From: Cyanophora paradoxa CCMP329
Taxonomy: Eukaryota; Plantae; Glaucophyta
Direction: 5' to 3'
Length of the DNA stretch: 64,000 bases
NCBI GenBank assembly: GCA_004431415.1
Contig: QPMI01000604.1
Span: forward strand, 29,286 to 93,285
The notes beneath the pieces are model-generated. The model did not search any database. It was not told the origin of the DNA and saw only the letters and a program-made list of their open reading frames with translations. Shown piece after piece: positions 61,025 through 64,000 of this stretch (positions are counted from its first letter, which is position 1; each line of letters starts with the position of its first letter). Made by a program: the position numbers and the translations under genes.

Positions 61025-62412
61025 CTAATGGAAGCGGCGGTAGGCGCCGCCGTTGGTGAAGGTGATCTCGTTGTAGTAGCGGCAGTAGATGTCGGCCACG
61101 GGCAGGTTGGGTGCCGTGTAGGTCTTGAGCGTGGTGAGCGTGAGCTCGATGGTCTTGAAGGCGCCCATGTCGAGGCCGCCGAACATCTTGGTGTTGTCCG
61201 CCACGTCCGTGCCGAAGGGGAGCGAGTAGATGAACTCCGTCCCGAACTGGCCCACGTTGCGGGGCTGGATATCGCTGCTGTGGGCGTCGTGGGCCGCAAG
61301 GGTCACGTTCCCCGTGGTCCCCGGCACGTTATCGTGCCCCGACCACGGGTGCGGGTGCAGCGCGTCGGCCACGTCGGCGGCCGCCGTCCCGTCCATCGAG
61401 GTCACGCCCCGCAGCAGCTCGAGGTGCTTGCGCGTGGGGGCGTGCGTGTGCTCCTTGTGCGCGATGGCCGTGCGCAAAAAGTGCGCATCGTGGTTCGAGC
61501 TGTCGACCACCTTGATGTTGTCGCACTTCAGCTCGATCTTGTCGAGCGGGCGGAAGCGCCAGAAGTGCTCGCCGTTGTCGGTGTGCGGCTTGTCGCGCAC
61601 CACCACGATCAGCTCGTAGCAGATCCCCGTGAAGGGCAGGCGGATGGCGGCGCCCGACGTGAACTGGACGTGGTAGTGCTGCACGTACTTGCCGGCCCAC
61701 GTGAACGAGTTCGGGTGCAGCGCCAGCTCGCGCGAGTCGATGTGCACGTAGCGCAGGATGAGCTTGGTGTCCAGGCTGACGCTGCTCGTCAGGCTGGTGT
61801 TCGTGTGCAGGCCGCCGTCCACGAAGGAGGCCGTCACCTCCTTCTGCGACGCAAAGGTGATCTGCAGCTTCATCTCGTTGCCGGTCCCGCGGATCTTGTG
61901 GAGGGCACGGCGAACTTTCGACCGAAGCCCGTCGCGATGCGGATCGGCACGTACAGCGTGTTCGGGGCCTTGCCCCGGCGGCGCAGCGGCTGGTGCGCCC
62001 AGAGGTTGTTCACCATGTCGACGTGCTCGGTGACGGACTTGTCGTCCTCGAACTCGCCGTAGATGGCGTCGTGGTGGCCGTCGTACTCGTGGATCAGCTG
62101 CGTGCCCACGAAGATCTTCACCTTCTTGAGCAGCACGTAGCCGGCCTTCGGGATGTAGAAGTGGTCGGCGTTCGTCAGCGCCGGCAGCGTCACCCGGAGC
62201 CAGGCGTCGTTGAACATCGGCGCCGAGTGCGGGATGACGATGTCGACGGTCTGGCCGAAGGTGACGCCCGACTGCACGGGGCTCACCTCGAGCACCTCGT
62301 CCACGAACGGCATCGCCGTGTCGAAGGTCTCGTGCACGTGCACCGACGCGTCGGAGCTGCGCAGCGAGTGGTGCAGGGCGGTCGTGGGGGTGGAGATGAG
62401 CGCGGAAGCCAT
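61025..62412 (-). CDS. MCP: double jelly-roll major capsid protein, NCLDV (Vp54-like) type; 1 frameshift near 61903
   Basis: TFGQTVDIVIP...DAWLRVTLP...YIPKAGYVLLKKVKIFVGTQLIHEY...LYVPI...AVP(L)HKI...EMKLQITF...IRLPF...IYSLPFG...GGLDMGAFKTIELTL...IYCRYYNEITFTNGG; about 460 aa. Confidence 0.88.
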
Positions 62413-62454
62413 GGTGGTTTAGGGATGCGTTGAGAAAATTTTTTGGGTGGACGC

Positions 62455-64000
62455 CTACGTTATTAGAGGGCGCGGCCCCCGTCGCGCCAGGTCCGCGTCG
62501 TACGCCTTCTTGCGGAGTGCGTCCGTGATCGCAGACCAGTCGCGTGTGCCGTTAAGATAACCCAGGGCAAGTCCTTGGCCCAACATGAAGTAACGCTCTG
62601 GATCCAAGTTCATGAGTTGCTGGGCCCGCTCCTCTACGCGCCGCACACGCTCCATAAAGGGGCCCTTTGCCGCAGATCCGAGCGGGTCCGCTTCTCGCTC
62701 AGCTTCGAAGAATTTCACGACATCCCCGCCCAGGTCCGAAATATCACGGTGCTGCTCTGCTATCCGTGCCTGTGCCTTGTTGACTCCAGCTGCCTGGGCT
62801 TGGGCTATCGATGCCAGTTGGTTGTAATCGATTTCTTCTGCAAGGTATTTCGCAACGGCGGCGTCCCTGCAGCGCGCGCGATTTCGGGCGATACGCTCAC
62901 AAGGAATCCCTCCCGGCGAGCCCGATTGGCCGCGCGCTCCGCTTCCGCCTCCTCGTCCATGGGATCGTCTGGACTGGCTGGATTGCCTGGAGCACCGGAG
63001 CGAATTTTCTTCAGCAGCCCGCACGGCGAGCTTCTGTCGCCTCTTTCACCTTCTTGGCGGCCAGTTCAAGCGCATCGTTTAAGTCCATCGTCGTATACCC
63101 GGGTCTCCGCCCCGTATCCTTGTACGCGGCCCTGCGCTTGTCCATGGCTTCCATCTCGCGCGGGGACGAGGGGCGATTTCTATCCCCGCGTTTGCGAGTT
63201 GAGCCTGGACGGCGACGGGCACCCGCTCGAGCACGGCCCTTGCCGCCGCAACGGCCACCGCCTCGGCCGCCACCACCTCTGGCGGGCGCGAGGGCCCCGC
63301 CTGTGGCTCGGGCGGCGGCGGGGGTGCGGCGGGGCGGCGGCGGGGGCTGCTGCTCCGCTGGGGCGCCGACGGCCGGGCCACCGTGTCCGGGGGCTGCGAG
63401 GGGCCGGGCTGCGGCTGCAGCGGTGGCGTCTTCGGCCCGGGGGGCGGAGGCGGCGGAGGCGGAGGCCCCGGAGGCGGGGCCCCCCCTTCGTTGTCGGAGT
63501 CTGACTCGATCATTTCGTCTCTGGGTTCCTTGGATGGCAGGGCCTTCTGAATGAGGGCCTCGCGCGCGCCCTTGCCCGCCTTGATTGCTCTGCCCATGGC
63601 CGCCTCCGGGAAACTGGCCTCGATGGCCTCGTTGTCCCCGTCCGTGATGCGCACCTTCTGCTCGCGGCGGGCCTTGATGTACTGTTCCTTGTCCATCCGC
63701 TTCTTCGCCCGCCTTTTCTCCCTGGGTACGTCGCGCTGGCGGCTCTCGTCCGGCCCGGCCCTCGCTGTCCGAGCTCGAGGCGGCTCGGCCTGGGCGAAGG
63801 GCTGGCGCGTGTTGCGGTTCGTCCAGTCGGGGTCGTACTTCCCTCCGATCAGCTCCTCGGGCTTCTTGTTCTCGCGCGCGTAGATGCTCGTGGGCTTGAA
63901 CTCCTCGCCGTTGATGATGTACTTGTAGTAGTAGTACGCGTCCTCGAGGTTCATCGGGCCCAGCGTCTCGAGGCGCTTCTTGCGCTTCAGGAATTCGGTG
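62455..64000 (-). CDS. viral hypothetical protein(s) with Pro-rich linker; 5' end outside window; frameshifted
   Basis: ORFs 63079->64000 and 62455-63024 are codirectional with the MCP. Confidence 0.55.

Larger units (their letters stand above)
39700..64000. mobile_element. endogenous dsDNA virus with NCLDV-type capsid (mriyavirus/Yaravirus/dwarf-NCLDV-like); right end outside window, left end approximate
   Basis: Abrupt switch to densely packed, mostly intronless ORFs including a DJR MCP, SSB, DUF5767-like protein, YqaJ and UL9-like helicase; shared upstream motif. Confidence 0.9.

Noticed and set aside
39700-64000. Polinton/Maverick or virophage classification
   Set aside because: No pPolB, rve integrase or cysteine protease is visible, and the MCP motifs are NCLDV-type; the part beyond the window could still change this

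Overview
GC-rich, intron-dense eukaryotic genomic DNA. It is most likely a glaucophyte alga of the genus Cyanophora, because the starch synthase N-terminus closely matches my recollection of C. paradoxa GBSS and has no plastid transit peptide. Positions ~1-39.4 kb hold host genes with many short GT-AG and GC-AG introns: RPS5, a C2/CaaX protein, two TPR proteins, GBSS, PNGase, DUF72, CD2BP2/U5-52K, site-1 protease and a putative secreted protein. This part also carries two non-autonomous DNA transposons, one of which sits inside the catalytic KTGGL motif of GBSS. From ~39.7 kb to beyond the window end lies an endogenous dsDNA virus with compact, mostly intronless genes. It encodes an NCLDV-type double-jelly-roll major capsid protein, an NCLDV-type ssDNA-binding protein, a DUF5767-like protein, a YqaJ exonuclease/recombinase, a herpes UL9-type origin-binding SF2 helicase and small membrane proteins. 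No DNA polymerase, integrase or packaging ATPase is visible in the window. The virus carries two cis-acting repeat systems: an 89-bp palindromic tandem array with solo copies bracketing the helicase, and a 90-bp inverted repeat with iterons around an AT-rich core. It also has a shared ATTTTCT promoter-like motif and nested tandem duplications. All family assignments come from motif recognition, not database searches. Exon boundaries of several host genes are approximate.
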